A stretch of DNA of 64,000 nt from the NCBI RefSeq assembly GCF_018977255.1, contig NW_024704742.1, forward strand, positions 73,472,001-73,536,000, read 5' to 3'. The translations under genes were made by a program, and so were the position numbers. The notes beneath the pieces were generated by a model. That model did not search any database. It had not been told where the DNA came from and saw nothing but the letters and a program-made list of their open reading frames with translations. Each line of letters opens with the position of its first letter. Positions within the stretch are counted from its first letter, which is position 1. Origin of the DNA: Callorhinchus milii (lineage: Eukaryota). Of this stretch, positions 36,782 to 50,139 are shown piece after piece.

Positions 36782-37360
36782 AGAGATGTTAAACCAAGGT
36801 CTCATCTGCCTCAGAGGGATGTTAAAGATCCCATGCTTCTATTAAAAAAGAGAAGGGAGTTTCTGTTGGTGTCCTGGCCAAAAATTCCCCAAATAAAATT
36901 GGGCATTCACTTCATGGCTGTTTGTGGGACACAACTGTGCACAAACTGGCTGCCGAGTTTCACCCACCAAACACAGTCAAAACCACTTCATAGTATATAT
37001 TTTGAAGCGCTTTGAGACATCTTGATGATGTGACAAGGTGCTGTATCAAATACAAATGCAAATGCAAGGATTACCAATGTAGTGGTCAGAATGCTGTAGG
37101 TCTAAGCCCCACAGTGGAATTTGAGCTCATAGTCTAAGGTGACATTCCGGTGCAGTGTTGGGGAAGTGTTGCATTATCAGAGGTGTTGTCTTTTTTTAAC
37201 AAGATGTTAAATCGAGATCTGCCTGTTTTTCATATGATAATAAAAATCTTTTTGACATATTTTGTAAAGAGAAGAGAATTTCTCCTCATGTCTTGGAAAG
37301 CAATCATCTAGATTATTGGGCAATCACCTCAAGGCTGTTTGAGCACAAATAGGTGTCTGC
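36782..37360 (+). mobile_element. Two adjacent Deu-domain SINE fragments (3' half 36782-37072; 5' portion 37080-37360)
   Basis: GAGATGTTAAACCAAGG..GATCCCATG..GAAGGGAGTTTC core and tail, followed by a second head/core. Confidence 0.68.
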
Positions 37361-40300
37361 TCTCTAACCACTGCCTTCCTTTTTCGTGTATTACCTATTT
37401 TCCCCTACGCCAGGTATTTCTCCCATCGAATCCTTCCACATTATGTATCTAACTCTTTCTGTAAGATGCTGGTCAGGCACACACTGCAATTACCAATTAT
37501 GCCACTTGTTATTTCTCATACTCCCACGGCTGTTACAGTCACATCGCTCAGATGTGCTCCCATGGGCTCCAAGGCACCAGTTAGAGAGGCTCTAGTCGTA
37601 GGCACAGTGACCAAAAATTCCCAGAGTTTGTTAATTGTGGAGCTGATCTGGATCCATCCTCCTCAAATCTGTCTGCTTCTCTCTATGGAATAAACAGTGT
37701 GGGTAAAATACTGCTGCTTTACCTCTTCTTCCTTCTGTTCCATCAAGAAGCAGGCACGCAAGGTCTTTCTATCAACATTCCTCAAGGCAATTCTTAACCC
37801 TCAGAGCTCCTGTCATCCTTCTTCATGTGTTTCTTGAACTCTGCAGTTTGCTTCCCAAGCCTATCACTCCTTCTTCATTCAATTCAATTGGAATTCCATT
37901 CCCCCTATGGACTGAATTCAAGATCCTTGTTCTCACATTTAAATTGCTCCATGACCTCCCCCTATTCTACCTCTGTACTTTAGTAGAGCCCTCCGGTCCC
38001 GACTGCTCCTTCACTCAGCAAAATAGACCTGCTTCATGTCTAGACCCAACTCCCCCGACCCCTCAAGATCAGTAGATGAAGTTTCAGCCATTTGGCCCCC
38101 ACTCTCTGGAACTCTATCCCAGAGTCCTTCGCCTTGTCGATCTGTGAAAGACACCACATAAATGTAAATTGTTGCTGTTGTTACCCATTTATCCACTGAG
38201 TCAAGTGTCTTCCATATAAAAGTCCTCTTTCCACATTCAGTGCCTTGCTGTGAGACGCTGGCCTGGGACGTGCTCTGATTGTGGGGATTGCCACTCTGAT
38301 AATAATAATAATAAAGTAACAAAAATGGTGTTATCTGGTTGTCTGGGAGGGAGAAGGGTAGGGAGTACGAATATCCAAGGAGTTTCAGATATTCTATGGT
38401 TAACAGTTTGTACTGGACAAAACCGATTTCCTGTAGAGGGCACAAAATATATGATGTTCTCCTGCACACCCAGGAATAGACCAGCGCTTTATGGACAAAA
38501 TGTTAAACTGGAGCTGTTAGAATTGAGATACAGAAGAATAAAGGCCAAAGAAGTACATCAACTAAAAACAAATGTATTTCCTCCAGCAGGACAAATAAAC
38601 CATTTGTCAGAATGGGGACAAATAGGGGTTCAGGGAATATCTTTGCAAAGCTTTTATACAGTGGATCTTAAGTGGGTAGGTGGAATCCATGATAGTGTAA
38701 TAGGTTATGCAAGGTCTGAGTAGGAGTCGGAATGGGGTGAATGATCTTTTCTTGTTCCATGCTTTCTTACATTCATGTAATTTGCAATTCAATTAATATG
38801 ATCTCAGCTAATCTAATATAACCTTTCTAAATCCATTCTGTCCAATACCTTTCCCAGACTGTCATACCCTGCAACATGAACTCGAGGGAGTAAGGCTGTA
38901 AATTATAAGGACATCTTGTGCCCTTTTCATTAAAGAAAGCTCTGAGACTTGTCAGGTAGGGTAAATACTTGGGAATTTTAATGAGCGTATAAAAGATAAG
39001 TGAGGGGAATAACATTGATAAAAGTTTGATTTCTAACAGGAAAGAGCTTTGAGTAAGCTCTGAGCTTTGAGAAGTTTCAGTAAAATGTGATATATTAGCA
39101 AGTCATGCTGTTGCTTTGCCTTTTGGATACAAGCTACTTATTAATAATATTCACATTCCCTTCTCTGACCTTGGGACTGTGTCTAACTGATGGGCAACAG
39201 AGCAGGGAAACCCATTTTGTGTCAGTCTAATAATCTGTCCATGCTGCATATTTTACTTACTACATTCAAGCTTCTGTCTGGCACCTGAGCTGAATCGTCC
39301 AGCCTGTGCAACGACCATCCCTTTTTGCTGAAGATTTGAAAAACATTCTTTCTAAAGGGCACCATAAAGTCAAAGATAATAAAGGTAATGTCTCATGTGC
39401 CCGATGGGCTGTTTAAAATGACTTTTATATTTATGTAGAGCATTTAAAGGTCACCCATCTTTCCGATTTTGTTTTGGTTCTACAGACTGCATGAGAAATC
39501 AGATCTGTACCCAAGTTTATCTCATTACCACCATCCTATACTTTTACATTAGCTCATACAAAGATGATTGAAAATGTTTTGAATTTACAATTTTATCAGA
39601 TTTAGATTAATTTTTTTCAAGAAGCAGTAACAGTAAATGATAACAGGCTGTTTGATCAAAGTTAGAGACATTAACTCATCCAGATAAGCCAACCAGTAAG
39701 ATACAATAGGTAACACAGCTTGTAAATAATGTGTGATTGGTCAGACTAGTTAACTTTGTGACCTATGATAATAATGAGATTACCTTGTGTGCTTTGATCT
39801 GCTGATTTCTGGACTCGAAACCAGAAGGTTCTGGGTCTGAATCCCAATGGGTTTAACTCAGCTCTTAACCTTGTTGAGAAAAATGTCCCAAAATATCCTT
39901 CTTGGAGGAAAGTTAAGTAGGGCCTCTCTGGCCTGAGGCAAATTCAGGTAGATCTACAGTGAATCCAAGATATTGTTGACCACCTATAAGTGCAAGTTGC
40001 TGTTTATGGTAGGTGAGTTCTGAAATATCTGCAGAATAACTGTGAATCACTGGCAAATGAAGTTCAATACTCAAATTGGTATGGAATGGAAGAAAGGAAA
40101 TAAAAATAGATGGAAGCATTCAAAAAAAACTTGCATTTATGTAGGGTCCCTGACGCAGGAGTACTGAACAGTGTTGGGACTGGATGTTCAGCAATGACGA
40201 AGAAAAGGTAGGTGGCCATAGTGGTTGAAAAGATTGGTCTTCAGTTGGGAATTAAAGACAGATAAAAAGGGGCGAGGCAGAGGAATTGAGGCAGGGAGCT

Positions 40301-40519
40301 CAAGAGATGAGAGACACAGTGACTGAAGGCATGATCACCGATGGGGGTGTGTTGGAGTTGGGGGACGTGCTAGCTGAGTGAAGTGGGCGGAAAGGTGAGT
40401 CTATAGACAGGATAATATTTGTGAAGGGATATCCGTTGACTCACTCACCATTTCCAGACAATTAACTAATGTCACAGCCCTCTCACAAGCTGGGAGACTA
40501 CTCCTCCCATTGATCCATC

Positions 40520-40750
40520 CACCAGTGCCTTCGCCTTGCTTCCTCCCTTTCCTCCTTCAAGGCCGGTTTCAAGACCTTTCTCTTTGACCGTGCCTTCAGC
40601 TCCCCTCTCGACTCTCTACCCCTTCCTCACTCCCGCCCTTCCCTCCCCCTGACCATTTCCCCCCTGCTCGGGTCCTGACCCAACTGTCCAGCGCCTTGGG
40701 ACGTCCTCCCGACATGAAAGGCGCTCTATAAATGGAATCTTGTTGTTGAT
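40520..40750 (+). mobile_element. L2 3' end (CCTCCCGA tail type)
   Basis: CCTTCAAGGCCGGTTTCAAGACC...GTCCAGCGCCTTGGGACGTCCTCCCGACATGAAAGGCGCTCTATAAATG..TTGTTG. Confidence 0.85.
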
Positions 40751-40964
40751 CCACCTGCTCCTTTCCCCTGGGGTAGTGGGGGCAATTGAGTGACATGGGG
40801 CAGGGCCTAAGGGACTCAAGTGGTGTTCCTGTGCAGGGAATTGATCTGTCTGGAAAGGGCCCCAGGGTTCAGTGCCCTCTCTACATTTCGTCATTTATTT
40901 TTCTAAGTCTGTTTGAAATTAAAATTGGTTGTTTCATATGTAACTATGGCCATCAGTTGCTTTC

Positions 40965-41190
40965 ACTGCTTGTGGGGGAATTAAGCGGGGTCTCTTTGAA
41001 GCTGAACTGGCTCCAAGGTGACATACTTAGCAACGGAATGTCAGAATCGAGCCAGCCCTCTGTGGCAGTCTTGGTAGTCCAGTTCTTGAGCCAGGCGGGT
41101 CCGCACTATTCCAGGGCACGAGTGATGACAGCACAGCCCAGCCTGGCTCATCGGTCGGACTTAGAAGAGCAGACCAGTCACTGGGGGCAG
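40965..41190 (+). repeat. 5' portion of the unclassified structured repeat
   Basis: Colinear with 19070-19290 (GGCTCCAAGGTGACAT..GAGCCAGGCGGG..CCCAGCCTGGCTCA..GCAGACCAGTCACTGGGGGCAG). Confidence 0.85.
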
Positions 41191-41888
41191 TGAGTCTTCC
41201 CACATGGAATGCAAAAGCCATTACGACTGAATTAAACAAGTAGAATTTTGTAGAATGCACAGGTGAGTCTTGAAATCAATGTTGACCAAAACACACAGGC
41301 TCCACACATCATGTGATCTTATTTAAATATACAGTCAGCAGCTGTGCTGGATGAAGTGGCTAAACATTCCCCAGCGTGATTCTGAGGCTGCAGCTTATCA
41401 TGTTGCTCCTACACATCATCATCCTCCATCTGACCGCTGCATTTAATGAACAATGCTGTCACTATCCTATTTGTTCAGTGGTGCATTTAGTATCTGTGGC
41501 AATTGCTATACAATTGAACTCCAAACATATTCAACTTACAGAATCTGTGAACTCTTACTAGATCAGTGTTTAAAGTTCCTGGAGCATTAAATGAGCTATC
41601 AATAATGTCTGATATTTGTCAGAATATTACAGGTTTCAACCAATTAGAGTTGAAGCACATTTACTCAGCAGCATTAATTGCCAGTTAGAAAGCAAAAGCT
41701 CTCGATTGACATAAAAAATACTACTGTCTTGAAAAATCATGGGACAGCATTCCCCAATGCACCCTGCACTCCTTCTAGGGACTGGACCCTCTTATGTTTC
41801 ACTGATCAGAAATTTACACTGTATTCCAGATGCAGCCTGATCATAACATTACAGTTTGAGCATGACTTCTGGCATCTACACTCAACTG

Positions 41889-41940
41889 ATTTAGCAATAT
41901 AATCCCAGCATCCTATTTAGCAATATAATCCCAGCATCCT
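41889..41940. repeat. Perfect 26-bp tandem duplication inside a minus-strand CR1 remnant
   Basis: ATTTAGCAATATAATCCCAGCATCCT x2. Confidence 0.9.
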
Positions 41941-42079
41941 ATTTGTTTATTGCTGTCTCACATTGCTTCGACACAGTGAACTAACACTGCTAGATGTCTT
42001 TAAAAAATTATTTTGTAAGTTCTATCCTGATTTATCCGAATTATCACGAGAGAAATACAAAATGTACTGTGAGTTCAAG

Positions 42080-42620
42080 GAACAATGACAACAGCAAATT
42101 ATATTTATTAGCCTCCGTTCATGTCAGAAGGACCTCCCAAGTTGCTGGACAGTTAAGGGTTTGCACCCGAGCTGGGGGTTGGAATCAAGAGCAGTGGAGG
42201 GTAGTAGTAGTGGTGAAAGCGTCGTTATAGGCATGGTCAAAGAAGAAGGTTGTGTGACAAGCCTTGAAGCAGGCAAGGGAGGGGGCGAGGCAGAGGGATT
42301 CGGTGACAGAGTTCTAGAGAGTGGGGGCAAAAAAGCTGAAGGCCCAATGGTGCAGCGGGCAGCAAGGGAGACATGGAGTGGGCTAGTGCCCACCGAATGG
42401 AGGGAGCCGGAAGGTTGGTATGGTGTTAAGAGATCACAGAGAAAGGGAGGAGCAAGACTATGGAGGGCTCTGGGACGCTACCCCACATAAAGGGTGCTAT
42501 AAAAATGCAAGTTGTTGTTTAAAAGTGAGCACAAGGATTTTAAACTCGATCCTCCGAGGGCTTGGGAGCCAGTGTAAATGGATAAAGACGGGGGTGATTG
42601 GTTCATGGAGCTTGGAAAGC
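42080..42620 (-). mobile_element. L2 3' fragment carrying a ~55-bp opposite-strand L2 tail insertion (42465-42520)
   Basis: Minus-strand L2 tail and C-terminal ORF2 remnant. The + strand GGGCTCTGGGACGCTACCCC..GTGCTATAAAAATGCAAGTTGTTG interrupts it. Confidence 0.72.
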
Positions 42621-42737
42621 CATTAAACCTGGATAGTACAAACAGATCACATCATAACCCATAGGCTCTGCTTAATCCAGTCATATATGAAAGAATAACT
42701 GGAAAATCTGAAAATAAGACTTTGTCAAATCCAGCAG

Positions 42738-43703
42738 AACAACAGCAGCAACAACTCGCACTTATATAGTGCCCTCCACACAAGGATAGCATCTTAGAGC
42801 ACTTAACAGTGGCGGAGCCTGACTGCGAGCTGGAGGGGAAGAGGGGGAAGTGGCCATAAGCACGATTGAAGAGGAAGGTTTTCAGACGGGACTTCAAAAA
42901 GGGGAGAGAGGGGACAAGGCGGAGGGATTGAGGGAGAGTGTTTCATAGTTTCGGGAAGTAGTGGTTGAAGGCGCGACCTCCGATGGTGGGGTGGAGGATG
43001 CGAGGGACAAGCAGGAGGCCGGTGCCAGTCGAGTGGAGGTGCCGGGTGGTGGATTGGGGTATGAGGAGGTCGGAGAGGTAGGAAGGTGCCAGAGAGTGAA
43101 GGAATTTGAACATGAGTGTGAGGATCTTGAAGTCGATACGTTCGGTGATGGGGAGCCAATGAAGCCTGGCCAGAACTGGTGAGATGTGGGTACAGAGTTT
43201 GGTCCGTGAAAGTAGGCAGGTGGCAGGGTTCTGAATGAGCTGGATCTTTTGAATGGTGGAGCTGGGGAGACTGGCGAGGAATGCGTTTAAGTAATCCAGG
43301 TGGGAGGTGACAAACACATGCACGAGGGTTTCAGCTGTATTTCGGGTAAGGTACAGTCAGAGGTGGGCAATGTGGCAGAAGTGGAAGAAGGCGGTCTCGG
43401 TCAGGGACCGGATGTAGGGGAGGAAGGACAGCTGGAGGTCGAACCAGACGCCTAGATTGTGCACTGGTTCGGTTAGTCTGAGGGAGAGCCCAGGAAGGCT
43501 GAGAAGTTTAGATCTGCAGGAGTGAAGACGTTGACGGGAGACAAGTAGTATGGCTTCCATCTTGTCTACATTTAACTGCAGAAAGTTTGCACTCACCCAG
43601 GTCCTGATGTCTGCCAGACAAGCTGATAGAACATCAGCGGACCAGGAGTTGGTACTGGAGGAGGCAAGGTAGATTTGTGTGTCATCCACATACATGTGGA
43701 ACA
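42738..43703 (-). mobile_element. 5'-truncated L2 LINE (~1 kb)
   Basis: HMYVDDTQIY, LQLNVDKME, SHLDY, LHWLPITERIDFKIL, LAPSYLSDLL, followed by the tail and (TTG/CTG)n. Confidence 0.92.
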
Positions 43704-45008
43704 TAGATTGATTTTAGAAATTCTGGCTCAGTGGAGATATCCTCAGAGTAAAGACTGACACATTTATCATACACTTTTACTAAATCCCTTACATGCAAAA
43801 AGCAGTGAATGCAACTGTGCTTTCACACATGTCCAAAGGACAAGTAACAGTTTCCTTCACACCTTGCAACAGTTTTGCTATTTTACCAGCAAGGGTCATT
43901 CAAGCATAAGAAGCATCAGCATACAACCACTTAGATATTGTGCTCAGTGCCAGTGAAGAGCGAACCACTGGGAAAAAAACAACTGATACAATAGCACCAC
44001 CGTGACTGGAACTTATCTTACAACAAGATGTACTTACATGATATCTTTGACCCAAAAGAACATCACTAAGTGCTTGACAAATTGACACTGATCAGGGAAA
44101 TAAGAGATTTAAAGATGCCGACCATTTAAGTCAATAGCAAGTCAAACCTCACCATTAATGACGCAGAAAGAACACTCATATTTAATAGCCCATGGCTGAT
44201 TGTGCAGTGGTCTTGTGGCATTTTCAATATTCTATGGAGAAATTGATACATGTATTGATGTGAAAAGAGATATGAGGAATGCTCTAGTTTTGGTCTTACA
44301 TAATGCCTCACATAATAATAGCAACAATGAGTTGGATTTATACACCTTTCATGCAGGATAGCGTCTCGAAGTGCTGCTAATTTGAGTGATTTTAACGTGT
44401 TTATTTGCAGTAGTAAGCCCTCCTCAGCTCACGCTTTGCGGGTCCATTCTGCCAGTGGGCTGGCTTTAGTGAATTACACATGCAGAGCAGGGACTGCATT
44501 ATTCCATGAAAGAGTTTTGCCTTCACCTAGAAATTATTTTGCAAATTTAGTTTTTTCTGTTGGCGGAATGAAACGACCACAAAAGATGCGCCCAAGTTAC
44601 AGGACAATGTCTGTCAACATGATTGACACGATCACACTGCAACCAAAAACAACATCTTGCAAAAAATATGAAGGCAGTTCTCCTTGAAGGACAGTGCTTT
44701 GAGACCATGGTCCATATAAATACTTGGAAATTCATAAGGAAGTGATTCCCCAGGAATGTACACTTCCTGAGATATATGCTTCAAAGAATCCATATCTAAA
44801 GTCAAACCCTTAACAGCTCTATATATCAAGGCAGGAAAGGAGGCTGGAGTGTCACACTGAGACTCAATGTGATCCAGGCCTGTATCATCTGACATTTCCC
44901 CCATGACTTAACTACCAGACAGTGAACCATAATCCCCAGATATTTCTGTCTGCACCTGTATAGTACAGGTTACACAAGTCTGCAGAGCAGAGTGCAATGT
45001 CAGTGTCA

Positions 45009-47175
45009 CATAAGAACATAAGAATTAGGAGCACGAGCAGGCCATTCGGCCCGTCGAGCCTGCCCCGCCATTCAATACGATCGTGGCTGATCTATTCTAA
45101 CTCCACCTACCCGCCTTATCCCCATATCCCTTAATCCCTTTATCCACAAGAAATCCATCAATCTCAGTTTTTGAATATTTTCAAGGACTGAGCATCTGCA
45201 GCCCTTAGGGGTGGAGAATTCCATAAATTCACTACCCTCTGAGTGAAGAAGTTTTTCCTCAACTCAGTGCGAAAGGGCTTACCCTTAATTTTAAGACTGT
45301 GACCCCTAGTTATAGTTTCTCCAACCAGAGGAAAAAGTCTCCCACTATCTATTCTGTCGTGCCCCTTTATAATCTTATAGGTTTCTATAAGATCACCTCT
45401 CATTCTTCTATATTCTAGAGAATATAGACCTAAATTGCTCAACCTATCCTCATAACTCATCCCCCGCATCCCAGGTACCAACCTAGTGAATCTATGTTGT
45501 ACCCCCTCCAAGGCGAGTACATCTCAAATAAGGAGACCAAAACTGCACACAATACTCTAGGTGCGGTCTCACCAGGGCCCTATACAGTTGCAGCAAGACT
45601 TCCCTACTCCTATATTCTAACCCTTTTGTAACAAATGCCAACATACCGATAGCCTTCCTAATTGCTTGCTGCACCTGCAAACTAACTTTTTGTGACTGGT
45701 GTACAAGGACATCGAAGTTCCTCTGAACGCTAACACTATCTAGTCTCTCCCCTTCGAAAAAAAATAATCTGCCATCTAGGTGGATGACTTCACGCTTCCC
45801 TACATTATACTTCATCTGCCACCTACTTGCCCACTCACCAAGCCTATCTATATCTCGTTGCATTTTTTTAATGTTATTCTCAGTGTTTACTCTCCCTCCT
45901 AGTTTAGTGTCATTCACAAATTTGGATATATTAAGTTCGATGTCCTCATCTAGATCGTTGATGTAGATTGTAAATAGTTGAGGCCCAAGCACTGATCCTT
46001 GTGGCACTCCACTATTCACATCCCGCCAATCTGAGAAGGACCCGTTTATCCTTACTCTTTGTTTTCTTTTCGTTAGCCATTCTTCAATCCATGCTAATAT
46101 ACTCCCCTTAATTCCATGGGCCCTAATCTTGTGGATCAACCTTTTATGCGGCACCTTATCGAATGCCTTTTGGAAATCTAATTACACTATATCCACTGAT
46201 TTCCCCCCTATCTATTCTACTTTATATGTCCTCAAAAAAATCTAAAAGGCCTTTTTTGTAAAGCCATCTTGACTCTGTCTAATCTTGTTGTGATCCCCTA
46301 AGTATTCCACTATGACATCCTTAATTAAGGACTCTAGAATTTTCCCGACCACTGACGTCAGACTAACTGGTCTATAGTTCCCCATCTTTTTTCTCCCACC
46401 CTTCTTAAATAGTGGTTTGACGTTTGCAATCTTCCAATCAATGGGAACCGTTCCAGAATCCAAAGAATTTTGGAAGATCAGACACAAGGCCTCCACTATC
46501 TCATGAGCTACCTCTTTTAAAACCCAAGGATGCAAACCATCAGGTCCAGCAGACTTGTCACTTTTTAATGCCAACAATTTCCCTAGCACCAATTCTTTGC
46601 TAATGTAAATTTCCGTAAATTGCTCCCTCTCGTTAGCACTTTGGTTCATCTCTATTTCTGGTAAACTTCTTGTGTCTTCTAACATGAAGACAGAAGCAAA
46701 GTATTTATTTAGGGAGTCTGCCATATCCTTATTCCCCCATTATAATTCCTCCTGTCTCTGCCTGTAATGGACCCACATTTACTTTTGCTAGCCTATTCCT
46801 CTTAATGTATTTATAAAAGCTCTTACAATCTGTCTTAATGTTCCTAGCTAGCTTACCCTCATAGTCCATTTTCTCACTCTTAATGAGCTTTTTGGTTTTC
46901 CTTTGTTGGTCCCTAAAACACTCCCAGTCTTCAGATTTGCTACTCTTTTTGGCAGTTTTATAGGCCTTTTCTTTTAGTTTTATACTTTCTCTAACTGTTC
47001 TAGTTAGCCACGGATTAACTGCTTTCCCTGTGGTACTCTTATTCCTCAAGGGAATATGTAACCACTGAGAATTATGCACTACATCTTTAAATGTTTGCCA
47101 TTGTTGGTTTATTGTCATATCCATTAATCTAATTCCCCAGTCTATTTTAGCTAATTCTTCCCTCATACCGGTCAC
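45009..47175 (-). mobile_element. 5'-truncated CR1-clade LINE (HER1-like), ORF2 broken into four pieces
   Basis: [51 protein letters not shown] (FADD mutated), VRPHLEYCVQFWSP, TRGH..FFTQRVVNLWN. 3' end GGGCCGAATGGCCTGCTCGTGCTCCTAA(TTCTTATG)n. Confidence 0.95.
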
Positions 47176-47181
47176 CTGTTT

Positions 47182-47400
47182 TATAATAATAATTAATCCT
47201 TACATTTGATATAGCGCCTTAACATGTCATTGAGACATCTTAAAGTGTTTCATGGAATATACTGTGAAGTGAATTGACTATATTTTGTGGCAGAAATGCG
47301 GCAACCAATTGCGCACAGCAATTGCGCATTACAAACATTTGTGAATTGAGTGACCAAATCATTATTTTAAAAAAAATTTCAAAGGATTATTACCCCCAGA
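47182..47400 (-). mobile_element. SINE 3' half (long-form family) abutting the CR1 truncation point
   Basis: TAATAAT..ATCCTTACATTTGATATAGCGCC..GCGGCAACCAATTGCGCACAGC..GGATTATTACCCC. Confidence 0.75.
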
Positions 47401-47502
47401 ATTATTTGTTTCTGGACTAGTCATCTTTGCCATGCTTCTTTGGCATACCTCTTTGGCCGCATTTTACTCTCTCCGCTCCCACCCCAACCTCAGGTGCTCA
47501 CA

Positions 47503-47600
47503 AGGTTGCCAACCCTCCCAGATTGTCCTGGAGTCTCCAGGAATCAAAGATAAATCTCCCAAACTACTGCGAGCAACCCAGGAGAAAAATCATAGGGAAT
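47503..47600 (+). mobile_element. Probable hAT (Blackjack-like) terminal fragment
   Basis: AGGTTGCCAACCCTCCCAGATTGTCCTGGAGTCTCCAGGAA resembles the AGGGTTGCCAAC TIR type. No matching right TIR found. Confidence 0.4.
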
Positions 47601-47675
47601 TCTGAATGAAAATTGAATAGTGAATCAGATTTATTTTGTTATCAGCTTCTCATTAGTTTCATCCAATCCTGGAGA

Positions 47676-47730
47676 TTGGGGGCGGTTTGGGTTGGGGACG
47701 GTTTGGGTTGGGGGCGGTTTTGGTTGGGGA
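47676..47730 (+). repeat. G-rich 16-bp tandem repeat (~3.4 units)
   Basis: TTGGGGGCGGTTTGGG TTGGGGACGGTTTGGG TTGGGGGCGGTTTTGG TTGGGGA. Confidence 0.85.
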
Positions 47731-48361
47731 TGTTAGCCAAAACGTGCATGCTGCGACCGGGAGCAAAGGAATCAGCGGGGCAATCAGCCCACAGGCTTGG
47801 AGGAGGCTAGAAGAAGGAGTGCAGAGGTGGCGCTCATAGGTTTATTAGGTTAGACAAGAGCTCAACCTAATAAATAATTTTGAGAGGGTTAGATAGAGAG
47901 AGAGAGAAGGAGAGAAGTGAAAGATGAATTGAAAGGAAAAGAGGGAGATTGTGGAAAAATGAAAAGAAAAACTATATTTAGTCAGGTGTTTTTGAAAATG
48001 GCGAGCATGTACAGCATGATAATTAGATTTATTGTACACTGCAAAATCCCTCCCACTCCTCAACATGCATTCTCAATTCACAACCTAAGTCACAAGATCA
48101 TAAGAGAGGCTCAGATGAAGAAAACTCTTCTGCCCACTTGATCGCATCTTCTTATTCTTTTCCCATTACAGCATCAGACTGTCTCTTAAAAGAACCCAGT
48201 GCCTTCGCCTATAGCACACTTTCTAGAAATTCATTTCAACTATTGATTACACTCTGTGTACAAAAATACTTCATGGAATCTGTCCTAGATTTGCCCTTCA
48301 CAACCCTGAACCTGTGCTCATTTGTTCTGCTGCTTATATTGTATTGTGTTGTATGCAAACT

Positions 48362-48650
48362 CACTGTCGGCCTCCCCCACTCCTCTCTCCACAGGCTGCA
48401 GATCATCCAGAACTCTGCAGCCCTTGTCTTCTCCCGCAGTAGGCTTCGTGACCCTATCACCCCCATCCTTGCCCAACTCCAATGGCTTCCCATCACACAG
48501 AGGATACAGTTCAAGATCCTGGTCCTCACCTTCAAAGCTCTCCACGGTCTTGCTCCCCCCTACCTCCGACCTCCTAACCCCCTACCACCCTCCGGTCAGC
48601 GGGCTCCAGCCTGCTTCACGTCCCCCGCCTTGCTCGCCCCACTATCGACA
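48362..48650 (+). mobile_element. L2 ORF2 C-terminal fragment, between a minus CR1 tail (~48080-48330) and a minus SINE
   Basis: LQIIQNSAA..DPITPILAQLQWLPITQRIQFKILVLTFKALHGLAPPYL. Confidence 0.85.
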
Positions 48651-48829
48651 GCACAGCAGTGTCCCACAAATGGTCGTGGATTTAAAATGACCAATTTATT
48701 ATTGTTTTGGTTTGGAGGGATTATTATTAGGCGTGTGGAGTAAGGAAACTTGCTCAAGGTTTCGCCCTGCCTGGAATTGAACCCAGGTATCTCACTTGCA
48801 AGGCGAGTGCTGTAACCACTAAGCTACAG
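48651..48829 (-). mobile_element. tRNA-Ala SINE 5' half (short form)
   Basis: Reverse complement of head and body. The 3' part is missing. Confidence 0.85.
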
Positions 48830-48983
48830 TATATCTTAGTATAGAATCGTGGAATCGTAGACTGTGCTATTCTTGGCTGCGCGCCCCTCTTGGCTGCGCA
48901 CCACTCAAGATGTGTGTCCTTTAGAATGTATGTTGCTGTAGACTGTGCTTTAAGGTAGACCGTGTGTTATATTAGATTGTGCA

Positions 48984-49036
48984 TTACTGTCGGCTGTGCG
49001 TTACTATCGGCTGTGCGTTACTGTCGGCTGCGCGCT
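48984..49036 (+). repeat. 17-bp tandem repeat x3 within a degenerate array (48855-49050)
   Basis: TTACTGTCGGCTGTGCG TTACTATCGGCTGTGCG TTACTGTCGGCTGCGCG. Confidence 0.85.
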
Positions 49037-49247
49037 ATTCTAGGTTACAGTATATTTAGTCAATGTTGTGCAGAAAGTTGGGATAATATGTCACTGTAGG
49101 AGGTGGAGCAACATGTTCATTACTGGTATCACCTTCTGGCTCCATGTGCTGTGTTACATGCTGTGCTGCCATATTTGTCAGAGCAAGTAAAAGGCACGAC
49201 TTACAGCAAGCTTGACAGCATAGTTGCAGAACTTGGTCATAGGAGTC

Positions 49248-49670
49248 AGCCTGGCTCAGTTGGCAGCACTCTTGTCTCTGAGTCAGAAGGTTGTGGGGTC
49301 GAACATCACCTCAGGAGTTTGAACTCATTGGCTTTAGATTGAAATTCTAATACAGTGTTGAGAGAGTGTTGCTTTGTCAGAAATGTTGTCCTTTAGATGA
49401 AACATTAATTTCAACTAGACGTTAAAGACCCCATGGCACTATTCGAAAAGAGAAAGGAATTTCTCCTGGTGTCATGGCTAACAATTCCCCAAATAAAACT
49501 AGGGCTTCATTTTGTGCTTGCTTGCGGGATATTACAGAAAGCAAATCATCTGCTGTGTTCACCTACAAATATACAGTCACTGCACTTTACAGTAATTCCA
49601 GTGATATGCTTTAAGACTTCTCGTTAATGTGATAAAGCACTATATCAAAGGCAAGGAAGATTATTATTAT
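49248..49670 (+). mobile_element. Full-length Deu-domain SINE
   Basis: AGCCTGGCTCAGTTGGCAGCACTCTTGTCTCTGAGTCAGAAGGTTGTGGGGTCGAA head, Deu-type core, (TTA) tail. Confidence 0.78.
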
Positions 49671-50139
49671 ATCCCTCGTTCCCCAATTAAAGCATTGTTA
49701 TCCAATTGACCACAGATTCACGACAGAGGATTGTGTTATTACTGACAATGTGCTTTGCTGTCTAATTTCTTGGACCCTCCACCCCGTTCCCACCATTGCA
49801 CTGTAAAGATTAAACACTACAGTGGCACAATCCTGTTGGTACAAGCGGATGCTGTTACAGTGTTAGTAGCATCTGTTGTGGAGGTGGCAGCTGCGAAGCA
49901 CAGCTTCTACTCCTAGCATCAGTGCAAATTCCATACTAATCTGTACATGTCACCCTCCAAACCCCCCACACCCCACAACCATGCTCACCAATTTCTAAAA
50001 ACATTGTTTTTTCTCTTTAATATCCACTCTGCATATCTCCTCTGTTACAGTCATGTCTTTTTAAAACCATTGACGCTGACTGCATTTCCCTGTCGCTCTG
50101 ATGGTCCTCTTGCTCTTGTCCCCTGCTGCTGATGCTGCT

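Noticed and set aside
45009..47175. Active CR1 retrotransposon or a functional RT gene
   Set aside because: 5'-truncated, no complete endonuclease domain, several frameshifts and stops, catalytic FADD mutated to FVND.
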